Positions 63,233 through 64,000 of a DNA stretch of 64,000 nucleotides are shown one piece after another. The notes below the pieces were generated by a model. The model saw nothing but the letters and a program-made list of their open reading frames with translations, was not told the DNA's origin and searched no databases. Every line of letters begins with the position of its first letter. Within the stretch, counting starts at the first letter, position 1. Location: assembly GCF_006345805.1 (NCBI RefSeq), contig NC_043004.1:38936001-39000000 (forward strand). The letters run 5' to 3'. This DNA comes from Octopus sinensis (Eukaryota). The translations under genes and the position numbers were made by a program.

Positions 63233-64000
63233 TATATACATACATATACATGTATCTTTTTCTTATACTTATGTATGCATAAGGACACACTTAAACAAGA
63301 AAAAAACTTTACACACAGATACGTGTGGAAGATTTTACTGTTTTCTTTTCATTTCTTTTTTTCGCTCCGTTACTTCAACTGTGGTAGACAATTAGATTCA
63401 TATCGAGAAGGGTTACAGAGAGGGAGCGAGTGCGAAAAGGAGACACAAAATAGGGGGGCAAGCGAATGCAAGTTATTGGGAACATCAAAGAGAAATGTCT
63501 ATAGAAATTTAAGAAAAAGAAGAAAGTTAAATGAAAACATATATTCGTTCAAATGTAGGCGAGTGTTAACAAGCAGTCAATTAAACTCTCACAAAGATGC
63601 CAATGAATAGTGATCAAAAGCCCTACTACTCCACCATCCCATATTTTTTCTTACCCATAGTATATTCACGACTATGTTATTAACAGTTTTTCGTAGTTTG
63701 GGATTGATTTTTAAGATGATATGACGTAGATTTGCTTGTTATTTTATATGCTTTGGCTTATGCATATAAAATGTAAAAACATTCATGAAAGCCAAATACG
63801 TAAATTAGCACGCATGCGTAGATATGTAAACATACAATGAACGTAAATACATAATATATAACGACAGATAAATTGACGAACAAAAATAACACGATACATG
63901 CATATACATGTTGGTGTAGTGTTTTACATTAGACTCATATAATATTAAAAAAAGAATTGACCGATTGAAAAATAAGCTAAACAGTAAATAGAGAAACAGA

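Overview
AT-rich eukaryotic repeat-dominated DNA, very rich in (TA)n, (GATA)n, (AAT)n and (CA)n microsatellites. The SINE families look like those of Octopus, so a cephalopod origin is inferred but not proven. I found no credible host protein-coding gene, rRNA, true tRNA gene or CRISPR array; nearly all ORFs in the track are translated microsatellites. The one long real ORF is a 5'-truncated Penelope-like retroelement (RT C-terminus + GIY-YIG, minus strand, about 1602-2870). The rest is decayed mobile DNA: mariner, maT (DD37D) and Tc1 (DD36E) transposase relics, RTE and R4/Dong-type LINE fragments, several tRNA-derived SINE families, Helitron-like non-autonomous elements and a Helitron Rep motif. 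The most striking unexplained layer is RNA structure. About a dozen type I hammerhead-ribozyme motifs or relics from several unrelated sequence families occur in the window. The better-preserved ones have a palindromic stem III, and most lie about 10-450 nt upstream of a microsatellite, usually (TA)n. They include canonical cores (12886-12978, 49944-50038), a U3-A8 covariant core at the Penelope 3' end (819-866), an apparently family-wide A6U core (43324-43365, 47933-47974) and inverted pairs. There is also a 100-nt near-perfect hairpin at 50977-51076.
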